This document shows, in pieces, positions 1 to 8,095 of a stretch of DNA of 32,000 nucleotides. The stretch is from NCBI GenBank assembly GCA_900234795.1, contig LT962688.1, forward strand, positions 4,500,001-4,532,000, read 5' to 3'. The stretch comes from Methylorubrum extorquens. GTDB lineage: Bacteria; Pseudomonadota; Alphaproteobacteria; Rhizobiales; Beijerinckiaceae. Below the pieces are notes generated by a model. The model saw only the letters and a list, made by a program, of their open reading frames with translations. It searched no databases and had not been told where the DNA came from. Numbering within the stretch: position 1 is the first letter of the stretch; every line of letters begins with the position of its first letter. Position numbers and translations under genes: made by a program.

Positions 1-1
1 A

Positions 2-1294
2 TCGGCCGGCACCGGTGAAATCCCAGATGCGACTCTTAGATCGATTTGGACAAGCTTGAAAGATCGAGAGCAAATAGTCTTGCAAGGTCTTGCAGAAACC
101 CTTCGACCAACTACAGCCATACAGCTCTCAGATTACCTTAGATCAAGAACCAATTTCAAGCAAATATCGAAGGCACTAAAAACGCTGAGAAGTCTCAATT
201 TGCTCGTAACGAAGGAACTTGACGAAGGCGAGGGGTTTGAACTTCATCCTGTAATTCGGGCTTTCATAAAGAATACTTTCAAACGATCCGAACGCGTATG
301 GTATATAGACGCAATTTTGTCTATGTACTCGGCTTTCTTTGGCACGCATCTCAAAGACCTCAAGCATCATCCATCATCGTCGATGGTTCGGCATTGGCTC
401 GAAGGCGCCGAGCTTTGCATAAACGCGGGACATAATTCACAAGCTCTACTGAGGCTGAGCGAAGTGAAAGGGGTTTTTCACAGCAGCGAGCCTCCGGGTG
501 AATATATTCGAGTCACGCAGATTTTATTGTCAACACTCCCGGTTTCGGAGTGGCAATCGCACAAACACTTCGATGATGTCTTCAAAGATTATCATCGCTG
601 CCTTGTCAACATGGGCCGCGTAGAAGAAGCAGTAAGTGCGCTGGAACAATACGAGAAGTCGCTGGCGGGGAAGGATGCCCGCTACATAAATTACTGCGAT
701 ATGCAGACTTACATGAATTGGATGGCTGGTAATTTCATCCCTGCAATTCGTTGGGGAACCGAAGGTTCAGAGCTCAAAAACACTAGCGGAGTCGACACCC
801 CTTTCAATGCTGAACATAATTTAGCACTGGCGCGTCGCGACTCGGGTTCCGTTGATGTTGCGCTTCAATATTTTCTCAGAGGGGCCAATGTAGCCGATGT
901 GCTGGATATCGCTAAAGTTGATGCCGATCGTGGAGGGGCGTTTTACGGGAATATTGGTAGATGCTTCCATATTATGGGTCAAATTGACTCAGCGTTGATA
1001 TGTTACGTTAAGTCGGCCAGCTTGATTGATACTGAATTCAGAGAAAATATAACCGAGAATCAAGGATACATAAGGCAATGGATTGGTGAGTTATTGTTGC
1101 AAAAAGGGCAAAAGCAAGCTGCATTGCATTTTTATATAGCCGCGCTCGAGAAATGGCGTGTCGTATCACCTCCGAAAGCTGCGCGCCTGGAAAAATCTAT
1201 GCAGGCTGATTGGCCCGATGGGCACCCAAGTATCAATCCTGCTCGCGCTGAGGCAGCTGTAATTAGGTGGGTTAATAGTAAGGGCGGTCAGTGA
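2..1294 (+). CDS. C-terminal part of a STAND-type NTPase-like protein (winged-helix + TPR-like repeats); the 5' end lies outside the window
   Basis: The frame is open from nt 2, with no stop upstream of the TTG at 56 used by the ORF track. The stop is TGA at 1292-1294. The translation shows a winged-helix-like segment (LSDYL...LVTKE...FELHPVIRAFIK) followed by about 300 aa of helical TPR-like repeats. Composition is AT-rich, unlike the rest of the window. Confidence 0.6.
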   Translation, partial: SAGTGEIPDATLRSIWTSLKDREQIVLQGLAETLRPTTAIQLSDYLRSRTNFKQISKALKTLRSLNLLVTKELDEGEGFELHPVIRAFIKNTFKRSERVWYIDAILSMYSAFFGTHLKDLKHHPSSSMVRHWLEGAELCINAGHNSQALLRLSEVKGVFHSSEPPGEYIRVTQILLSTLPVSEWQSHKHFDDVFKDYHRCLVNMGRVEEAVSALEQYEKSLAGKDARYINYCDMQTYMNWMAGNFIPAIRWGTEGSELKNTSGVDTPFNAEHNLALARRDSGSVDVALQYFLRGANVADVLDIAKVDADRGGAFYGNIGRCFHIMGQIDSALICYVKSASLIDTEFRENITENQGYIRQWIGELLLQKGQKQAALHFYIAALEKWRVVSPPKAARLEKSMQADWPDGHPSINPARAEAAVIRWVNSKGGQ

Positions 1295-1613
1295 GAATAT
1301 AACTCGGCGATCGAGTCATGCGTTTGCGGCCTAAATATCTCACAACGGATCCTGTCGCAATACAGTCAAATTATCTGCTTGTTCTTGTTCGAATGATGGC
1401 TTGGTATTGTTTGCTAGGAGATCTGATATGAAGACCGGTATGTTTGATCGGCACGAAGCGTCACAAATCACCGCTGAGCGAGCTTGGCCGGCCTGTCCTG
1501 CCGGATTGATCCATCGCGACCGTTGAAGTAGATTGGCCTTGTAACTCGCTGATCATTAACGCAATTGTGGAACTGGATGGATGCCTACCCTTCGAGAAAG
1601 CTTCATTTAGCGT

Positions 1614-1660
1614 CCCTCCGAAGGCAAAGGTCACACGTTCGAATCGTGTCGGGTGCGCCA
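1614..1660 (+). other. 3' half of tRNA-Arg(CCG) (anticodon loop to CCA), not an intact tRNA; probable att-site direct repeat at a genomic-island end
   Basis: Read directly from the sequence. Anticodon loop CTCCGAA at 1616-1622 gives anticodon CCG. The 3' anticodon stem is GGCAA and the variable loop is AGGTC. The T arm is ACACG-TTCGAAT-CGTGT (1633-1649). The acceptor 3' strand CGGGTGC is followed by discriminator G and CCA (1650-1660). The complementary 5' acceptor strand GCACCCG, the D arm and the 5' anticodon stem are absent upstream. Confidence 0.7.
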
Positions 1661-1730
1661 ATCAACCTACTGTCTCTGAAGGCAGATTTGGTTTCCAGGG
1701 TTTAGCCCTCAGTCCCCAAAAGTCCGTCTG

Positions 1731-2352
1731 TCACGCCGCTGTCACAGCAAAGCCGCGACTCATGGCGACAGCTCCTCGCGGCGATGTTGATGTCGGAAGC
1801 GTGAAACCGGCCGTTGCCGGGCTGGAAGCGGCTTTGATCGCTGCGCCGCAGACGAAGGGGTTCTGCTGATTGCCCAAGCCCCCACAAGTCAGGGTAGCCC
1901 CGTGCACACTGAAGCGTGAGCCGTAGATCAGAGAATTGGTGCCACCAATCCAGAGCCGGTTTCCGCCGTCCCGTGATGCCAGCCGTCCTGCCCCCGAACA
2001 GTCTGAGGAGCGTCGTCGCTTCACGCCCAGCGGCGCCGCGCACGACAAGCGCGAGTTCCCCGCTGATGTTGGGCTTAGTCCGGTAGAGAAGGCCGCTCGG
2101 CAGCCAGAGGATCCCGTCCTGCGTCGTCTTGTTGATGACGCACTGAAGCGCGACCTCGTCCACCTCGTTGGTGAGGGCTGTGACCGGGTTGCGCTCCTTT
2201 GGTAGCGTTGTAAACCAAGTAGAATGCCTGCCACTGTGCCAGCGTATAGCCGGTCGTGTTGGTGCCATTGGCCGCTGTGATGCTCGACAGCAGATTGGTG
2301 GTGCACAGGCCGCAACCGTTCGCCTTCCCACCATAGGCGTAGAACTCGGCGA
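1731..2352 (-). pseudogene. Decayed ORF of unknown function, readable only by joining three minus-strand frames; N-terminus apparently cut off by the adjacent IS remnant
   Basis: Protein-like segments lie in three different frames. They are [54 protein letters not shown], then VTALTNEVDEVALQCVINKTTQDGILWLPSGLLYRTKPNISGELALVV, then GGNRLWIGGTNSLIYGSRFSVHGATLTCGGLGNQQNPFVCG. The N/T/Y/W/K-rich composition is atypical for off-frame high-GC noise. No family is assigned; a lectin-like WIGG...FVCG pattern is only a guess. Confidence 0.35.
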
Positions 2353-2389
2353 TGTCTTTCAGAGGCAGTGACGCTCTGAATGGAAGGCG

Positions 2390-2745
2390 AGCCGGGCAGC
2401 TTGTTCGCCAAGCTGCCAAGCAGGCGATCGGTGATGCGGGTCGAAGCCGGATAGCCACCGACGACAGCGTCGAGATCGCCTTCGTCGATCGGGGCTACAC
2501 CGGCGGGAAGCCGGCTACGGCGGCGCGCAAGCACGGCATCGAACTTGAGGTCGTGAAGCTGCCCGAGGCCAGCTCGGCCCTCATCCTCAGCCTGTCGAAG
2601 GACGTGCTGCTGCCCAAGCGCTGGGTCGTCGAGCGCTCCTTTGCCTGGGCCACCGGCTTCCGCCGGCTCGGCAAAGACTGCGAGCGATATGCCAGCGCGC
2701 CGGCAGACCTGCACCGTCGTTGCCTTCGTCTGCCTCATATTCAAA
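2390..2745 (+). mobile_element. IS5-family transposase, C-terminal remnant only (pseudogene)
   Basis: The translation [35 protein letters not shown]...[35 protein letters not shown] matches the conserved C-terminal DDE region of IS5-family transposases (VDxGYTG ... [13 protein letters not shown] ... RRLxKDYE). No N-terminal half is present. An AT-rich stretch at 2741-2790 follows, where an IS end would lie. Confidence 0.7.
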
Positions 2746-2821
2746 AAACTTGCTCTACTTACAGCCGATTAATAACAGCCTCTACGCGTTCCTTCAGCGC
2801 TCCAACTCGAAGGACTCGGCG

Positions 2822-3433
2822 TCAGAGCTTGATTCCAATCCCACGGTTCAGGCGGGTGACGATCCAGACCGTCGCCACGGCCACGCAAACGCCCCAGCCG
2901 ACTTCCAGCACCCGCGACCCGGCCATGCGCTCCACCGGCCCGACATGGGGCACGAGCAGAATAATCGTGGCGGTGATGCTCGCGATACGGCACGCACTCG
3001 AGACATTGACGAGCCAACAGGCAAGGGTCGCGAGCAGGACAGCCGATGCGTAGGTCGGCAGGGAGGGGCCGAGCGAGAGGTAGGCACCGAGACCGGCGGC
3101 TCCGCCGATCAAAGCGCCCGTGAGTTGGTCGCGGGCGGTGGAGCGAGTGGTGTCGAACTCGGTATGGGCGACGGCGACCGCTGTGATCGCCGCCCAGAAG
3201 CCCTCACGCAGGCCGAGCAGATGGGTCGGCAGGTATGCGGCGATGGCGGCGACCGCGGAGATGACGCCGTGGGCGAAGCCGCCGACGAAACGGCGGCGTA
3301 GGGGCAGGCGCTTGCGCAGGCGGGTGAACTGCGCGCCGAGCAAGCGGATTCGGCTGGTGTCGCGGTCGACCCGGCGCACCGGCGCCGCGGCGGTCTCGTC
3401 CTCGGCACGGCATGCCGAGTCTTCGGCCTGCAT
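2822..3433 (-). CDS. FUSC/aromatic-acid-exporter-like small integral membrane protein
   Basis: This is a 203-aa ORF. An Arg-rich N-terminus is followed by several hydrophobic helices ([36 protein letters not shown]...), typical of FUSC-like domain proteins. The family call is from memory of that pattern. Confidence 0.6.
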   Translation of the reverse strand: MQAEDSACRAEDETAAAPVRRVDRDTSRIRLLGAQFTRLRKRLPLRRRFVGGFAHGVISAVAAIAAYLPTHLLGLREGFWAAITAVAVAHTEFDTTRSTARDQLTGALIGGAAGLGAYLSLGPSLPTYASAVLLATLACWLVNVSSACRIASITATIILLVPHVGPVERMAGSRVLEVGWGVCVAVATVWIVTRLNRGIGIKL

Positions 3434-3552
3434 CCGCTTCTTCCTTTTGTAGCCGATCCGAAAGTCCTCGCCTGGAACCGCCCCCGTGATGCGAGCACGG
3501 CAGCATCAATCCGCGAACGCAGCGGATCGACGGGGTTCGCCCAAAGTCATGC

Positions 3553-3577
3553 GAGCCCCGCTCAGGTGGCGGGGCTC
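3553..3577 (-). terminator. Perfect 9-bp GC-rich hairpin (GAGCCCCGC-N7-GCGGGGCTC); possible terminator downstream of the TBDR-DUF4198 operon
   Basis: The inverted repeat was read directly from the sequence. It lies about 260 nt downstream of the corrected DUF4198 stop and has no clean U tract, so the function is uncertain. Confidence 0.3.
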
Positions 3578-3838
3578 TCCGAACGCACCCGCCACATCCC
3601 CATGGCTCAGGGCGATAAACGCTGACCGCGCTGCGACGCCATGAGTTCATCCGCTCTCTTGGCGGACGCCGTAAAGCGCCTCGCCTCTCGTTGCGGCCCC
3701 TGTGCCCTCATCGGGAGCGACGACGTAAGCCGTCACCTCGTCGCGCGAGCAAGCGATGCCGTTCTTCGTCTTGGACCTCGATCGAGGCGGCGAAGGCTTT
3801 GAGAGCCGATGCCGCCTGCTCTCCATCGAGCCTCGCGC

Positions 3839-4571
3839 TCAGTTGGACTTCGGATCGGTGACCGTGAAGGCGAAGGTCGCGCCGTAGCTGTCCGCGTCGG
3901 CCAGCGCCGGCGTCTGCGAGGGGGCTGACGCGGTGAGCGACGCCGAGCACCTGCGGGCCGGCACTGCGCAGCGAGACGACCGCCACGCCCTGAGCATCCG
4001 TCGTGGCGCGGGCCTGATCCGCCTCGCTCTTGAAGTTCACGCCGTCGGTGGCGACCACGCTGGCGCCGTCGAGCGGACGGCCCTCGAACAGCACCCGCAC
4101 CCGGATCTGGCCCGAGGCTGCGGTCGGCTCCTCCAGCGGGACGATCTCCAGCGGTTGGCCGACGATCTTGTCCCACGGGGCCGTCGGGCCGGATACGGCC
4201 TTGGCGAACTTCACCGACCAGAGGCTCTTGTCGGCCTGCGGCAGCATCCGCTTGCTGGCGTTGCGGTAGCTGCCGTCGGGCAGGCGCACCCAGTAGCCGT
4301 TGTCGTAGGACGCGGCGAACAGTGCGTCGCCCTGATGCGCGGCTTTGAGCGCGGGCATTGCGCCGGTCTGCAGCTTGGCATTCAGGGCCACCGCGCCGGA
4401 CGGCTCGTAGGCGGTCAGGCTCATCAGCTTGCCAGCACTCGGCAGTTCCGGCTCGTGGGGATGCCCGTAGAGAATCTGTACGCCGTTGCCGGCCGGGTCG
4501 AGCCAGAGGTCGTGGGCGGCGGCCGGTGCGGTGAGGGCGAGCAGCGCGGTGAGGATGACGGTTCGTCTCAT
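3839..4571 (-). CDS. DUF4198-domain periplasmic protein (nickel/cobalt-uptake-associated family) with an apparent +1 frameshift at the G5 run 3920-3924
   Basis: The ATG at 4569-4571 is followed by a signal peptide MRRTVILTALLALTAPAAAHDLWLDP. After ...GVAHRVSP the in-frame reading becomes Arg/Gly junk. The adjacent frame reads SQTPALADADSYGATFAFTVTDPKSN and stops at 3839-3841. The span is 733 nt (3n+1), consistent with one extra base. Confidence 0.75.
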
Positions 4572-6682
4572 CGAAGAGGTGCTCCTGTTGCAAAGCTGGA
4601 GGTGATGCCGGCCAGCAGCGTCAGGCGCGGCTGCGGGCTGGTGAAGATCTCGGCGACCGAGGCAGAGACCGATGAGCCGAAGTTGAAGATGCTCTCGCTC
4701 GTGCGGTCGCCGGGATACCAAGTCGCCTGCCCGTAGGTCGTCCAGCCGCTCTGGTGGACGTAGGCGATCCGGCCGCTGACGCGCGGATAGGGCGAGGAAT
4801 GCAACACGCCGTCCTCGGTCAACGGCTTGGCACCGATGTAGGACAGGTAGGCTGCACCCGTCAGGCGCCCGCCGGGCAACAGGGCGGCCGGCGCGGCGAC
4901 GTCGAATTCGGCGCCGACGGTGGCAAGATACGCCGGCACGTTGGGGATGAAGATGGATGGCACGCCGTTGAGCAGTCGGGCCGAGACGCCCGAATAGTTG
5001 GCGAACAACGCCACGCGGTCGAGGCCTTCACGATAGGCCAGCACCTTCGCCTCGATTTCGAAGCCGTCGCGGCGGGACTTGCCCAGGTTCTGCACGGGCA
5101 GGCCGGGTGCAGGCTGGAAGACCTCGTTGGCGATGTTGGTGAAGAACACCGTGCCGAGGAGACTGAACCGGTCGAACACGAGGCGGCCGCCGCCCTCCGT
5201 ACTCTCGACGGTCAGCGGAGTGAGGCGGGGATTGTTCGTCAATTCGCTCGAAGCGGAGGGGCTGCGGAAGCCCTGGCCGTAATTGGCGAACAGCTCCAGC
5301 CAGTCGAAGGGCGTGAGCGCCGCCCCGCCCTTGGGGGAGACCACGTTGGGGCTGACCTTGGGCGACAGGGCCGGGTCGAGATTGTTGCGCACGTCGTAGA
5401 AGAACTGGTCGAAGCGGGCGCCGCCGGTCAGCTTCAGCCAGGGCGCCGGCTTGACCTGCACCTGCGCGTAGGCCGCGAGGTTGTGCTGCGAGAGATCGAG
5501 ATCGAGGGTGCGTGCGGTGAACGTGCGCGCGACCGAGGGGCCGGTGTTCACGTCGAGCGCGTCGCTCCGCCAATCGCCGCCGACGAGGACTTGGGTCGGG
5601 AGCGCGTCGAACAGGCTCGTCGTCCAGACCTTGCGGATGCGGCCGCCCACGGTCTCCCGTTCCTCGACCTGCCCGCGCTGGCCGGCGCCGAAATCCGAGA
5701 AGCGGCTGAACACGTCGTGGCTGGCGTAGAGAAGCGCCGACAGCTCGTCGTCCGGCCCACCGTTGATGTAGTTGGCCACGAAGGTCTGCAGGGTCTTGCC
5801 GCCGCCATCGGTGATGTTGGTCGCGGCCCGCGGTGAGACGAGACCGGCGCGCACGCGGTCGCGCTCCAGGTAGCCCGGCTGCCCGAAGCCGGTGCCGTAG
5901 ATCTGCACCCGCAGCGACAGGCTGGAGCCGAGATCGAGGGGGATGGTGACCTTGTTGAAGGCGTTGTAGCGCCCGAGATCGCCGTTCTCGCGATAGCCCC
6001 CGGTGCCGTAGCCTTCGTAGGCGAGGAAGGGCTGGATCCCCGGGCCGAACTGGCTGAAGGTGGCAAGCCCCCGCCCCGTGCCGAACGAGCCGCCCGATGC
6101 GCCGACGGTCGAGAAGGGCTCGGCCCGCTTGGTCTCGATGTAGATCGAGCCGCCGAGATTGGCGTCGCCCGCTTCGACCGAGAAGGGGCCGCGCACGATG
6201 CTGATGGAGCGGATGGTCTCCGGGATCAGCGGATTGAGATCGACGTAGTTCGGGGTGTGGATCGAGGAGACCTCGTTGATCGGCACCCCGTCGATGAAGA
6301 CCGCGACGTCGCGGCCATGCTCGGCATCGCTGAAGCCGCGCAGGGCGATGCCGTATCCGACGCCGCCCTGGCCGTAATTCGAGACATCGAAGCCGGCCAC
6401 GGGGCGGAAGAGGTCGCCGTAGCTTTGCACCGGCAGGCGAGCGATCTCCGCGGCATCGATCACCGTGCTGTTGCCTGGGAGAGCCAGGACCGACGATGAG
6501 ATCTGGGTCTTCAGGTTCGCGGCCGGCCCCGCAACCGCCGCAACGGAATTTGCGGAACCGCCCTGCGCGGTGACCTGCAATTCCTCCAGCTCAATCGCGG
6601 TCGGATCGAGCGCATGGCTCGGAAGCGTACTCACGCCGAGTGCGCTGGCCGATGCAAGCAGGCGCGTCAAAAGCGGCGACAT
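4568..6682 (-). CDS. TonB-dependent outer-membrane receptor
   Basis: The start is taken at MSPLLTRLLASASALG... (ATG 6680-6682), which gives a signal peptide. The plug-domain pattern ...VIDAAEIARLPVQSYGDLFRPVAGFDV...RGF...FIDGVPIN... is present, followed by a long beta-barrel region. The stop TGA overlaps the DUF4198 ATG as ATGA at 4568-4571. The 79-aa upstream extension in the ORF track is not protein-like. Confidence 0.85.
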   Translation of the reverse strand: MSPLLTRLLASASALGVSTLPSHALDPTAIELEELQVTAQGGSANSVAAVAGPAANLKTQISSSVLALPGNSTVIDAAEIARLPVQSYGDLFRPVAGFDVSNYGQGGVGYGIALRGFSDAEHGRDVAVFIDGVPINEVSSIHTPNYVDLNPLIPETIRSISIVRGPFSVEAGDANLGGSIYIETKRAEPFSTVGASGGSFGTGRGLATFSQFGPGIQPFLAYEGYGTGGYRENGDLGRYNAFNKVTIPLDLGSSLSLRVQIYGTGFGQPGYLERDRVRAGLVSPRAATNITDGGGKTLQTFVANYINGGPDDELSALLYASHDVFSRFSDFGAGQRGQVEERETVGGRIRKVWTTSLFDALPTQVLVGGDWRSDALDVNTGPSVARTFTARTLDLDLSQHNLAAYAQVQVKPAPWLKLTGGARFDQFFYDVRNNLDPALSPKVSPNVVSPKGGAALTPFDWLELFANYGQGFRSPSASSELTNNPRLTPLTVESTEGGGRLVFDRFSLLGTVFFTNIANEVFQPAPGLPVQNLGKSRRDGFEIEAKVLAYREGLDRVALFANYSGVSARLLNGVPSIFIPNVPAYLATVGAEFDVAAPAALLPGGRLTGAAYLSYIGAKPLTEDGVLHSSPYPRVSGRIAYVHQSGWTTYGQATWYPGDRTSESIFNFGSSVSASVAEIFTSPQPRLTLLAGITSSFATGAPLR

Positions 6683-7321
6683 CGTGCAACCTAGGCACTC
6701 AGTGATCCGGGCGCTACTAAACTGCAAATTATGGGCAGGCACAAGATAGGAATTTTTCGTATTCGTACGTCTCATCGAGATGTTGCAGCCTTTAGCAGCC
6801 CCCGCAATCTCGGTCGCAGCATCTTTTGACGATAACCGTCTCGGTAAAATTGCCTCCCTTAGAGCATCGGTGCTGATACGGCGTGGCATGTCCTGCCGGC
6901 CACCAAGTCTTCGGCCCATCAGGCGCGAAACGTCTTCGAGGCCAGTGGCTTCTGAGCTTCACGTCGTACGATGGCCGGAGGCCATCGCAGCCGGAGCAAC
7001 GGCCCCAAAATCGAACATCCCGATGCGGGGCAGAGCGATCCTTACAACTCTCGCGTCGCAACTCGATGTACCTCCTGCTCAGAAATGGGGAAACCGTTCG
7101 GCGCCGAGGCCGGACGTGTGACCGGCCGCCAAGCTCAGCGCGAATTTCCCTTTATTGCAACAACTTATGAGCGAAATTGATCATTTGGATAAGTAATACC
7201 CCGTATTCAAACTGGGCTAGCCACGTTCGTTAAGTTGCTGCTATAGGTTGAAAACAAGATATGTTCTGGGTGCCAATAAATCGGCTGCTAAGGCAGGCTG
7301 TATTCGCTCGGGAAGCTGCCC

Positions 7322-7624
7322 ATGCACTTTACTCAACGCGAAACTGACAAGCTGCTGATCTATATGCTCGCCCAGGTCGCGCAGCGCCGCAGGGACCAGG
7401 GGCTCAAGCTCAACCATCCGGAAACCGTCTCCCTCATCTCCGTCGCCGCCCTGGACGGCGCCCGCGCCGGCAAGACGGTGGAAGAAGTGATGGAACTCGC
7501 AGGCAAAACCATCACGCGCGACGACGTCATGGACGGGGTCGCGGAGATGATTCCCTACGTGCAGGTCGAAGCGGTGTTCACGGACGGCTCGCGCCTCATC
7601 ACGGTGCATGCTCCCATCAAGTAA
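7322..7624 (+). CDS. ureA: Urease subunit gamma
   Basis: The 100-aa product [34 protein letters not shown]...[13 protein letters not shown] has the canonical UreA length and motifs. Confidence 0.95.
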   Translation: MHFTQRETDKLLIYMLAQVAQRRRDQGLKLNHPETVSLISVAALDGARAGKTVEEVMELAGKTITRDDVMDGVAEMIPYVQVEAVFTDGSRLITVHAPIK

Positions 7625-7648
7625 ATCGAGATGTCAGGAGGTGACGCG

Positions 7649-8059
7649 ATGAGTCCTCCCCAGAAGAAGGCGCCCGTCGGCGGAATTATTTTCGGATCAG
7701 GGGATATCGAGATCAATGCCGGATATCCGACCACAGCGATCAAGGTCCGAAACACGGGTGACCGCCCAATCCAAGTCGGATCGCACTACCATTTCTTCGA
7801 GGTGAACGCCTCGCTCGAGTTCGATCGCGAGCAAGCCTTCGGCAAGCGTCTCAACATCCCGGCCACGACCGCTCTGCGGTTCGAGCCCGGAGACGAGAAG
7901 GAGGTCTCGCTCGTTCCCTATCAGGGCAAGCAGCGGGTGCTCGGCTTCAATGGCCTCGTCGACGGCTGGGTCGGCGACGAAACCTACGACGATTACCGCC
8001 CACGGCTGTCGGACGCGTTGGATCGCGTGAACCGCTACGGGTTCAAGAACAAGCCGTAA
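7649..8059 (+). CDS. ureB: Urease subunit beta, extended form (N- and C-terminal extensions)
   Basis: The core GDIEINAG...[19 protein letters not shown]...[13 protein letters not shown] is present. The start at 7649 is preferred because AGGAGG (7636-7641) lies 7 nt upstream; the ORF track start at 7631 is the alternative. The C-terminal tail ...[31 protein letters not shown] extends beyond the usual ~100-aa UreB. Confidence 0.9.
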   Translation: MSPPQKKAPVGGIIFGSGDIEINAGYPTTAIKVRNTGDRPIQVGSHYHFFEVNASLEFDREQAFGKRLNIPATTALRFEPGDEKEVSLVPYQGKQRVLGFNGLVDGWVGDETYDDYRPRLSDALDRVNRYGFKNKP

Positions 8060-8095
8060 CCTGCCCCCTTCGATAGCCGAATCTGGAGCGCTGGG

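Noticed and set aside
1560-1660. An intact tRNA, or the acceptor piece of an alphaproteobacterial two-piece tmRNA
   Set aside because: No 5' acceptor strand (GCACCCG), D arm or 5' anticodon stem is present upstream. The acceptor would have A3:U70 rather than the G3:U70 needed for tmRNA/tRNA-Ala identity, and the discriminator is G. It is best explained as a tRNA-Arg 3' fragment.
4754-5836. A 360-aa plus-strand ORF inside the receptor gene
   Set aside because: It is antisense to the TonB-dependent receptor and has no recognisable motifs.
6683-6919. An N-terminal 79-aa extension of the TonB-dependent receptor ORF
   Set aside because: The extension (MGRRLGGRQDMPRRIST...) is not protein-like and lies in the AT-richer promoter region. 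The internal ATG at 6682 yields a proper signal peptide.
7181-7321. A sigma-54 (-24 GG / -12 GC) promoter or Fur box upstream of ureA
   Set aside because: The spacing of GG and GC dinucleotides around TGGGTGCCAATAAATCGGCTGC does not fit the TGGCAC-N5-TTGC geometry. The best Fur-box alignment (GAAATTGATCATTTGGATA) matches only 11 of 19 consensus positions.
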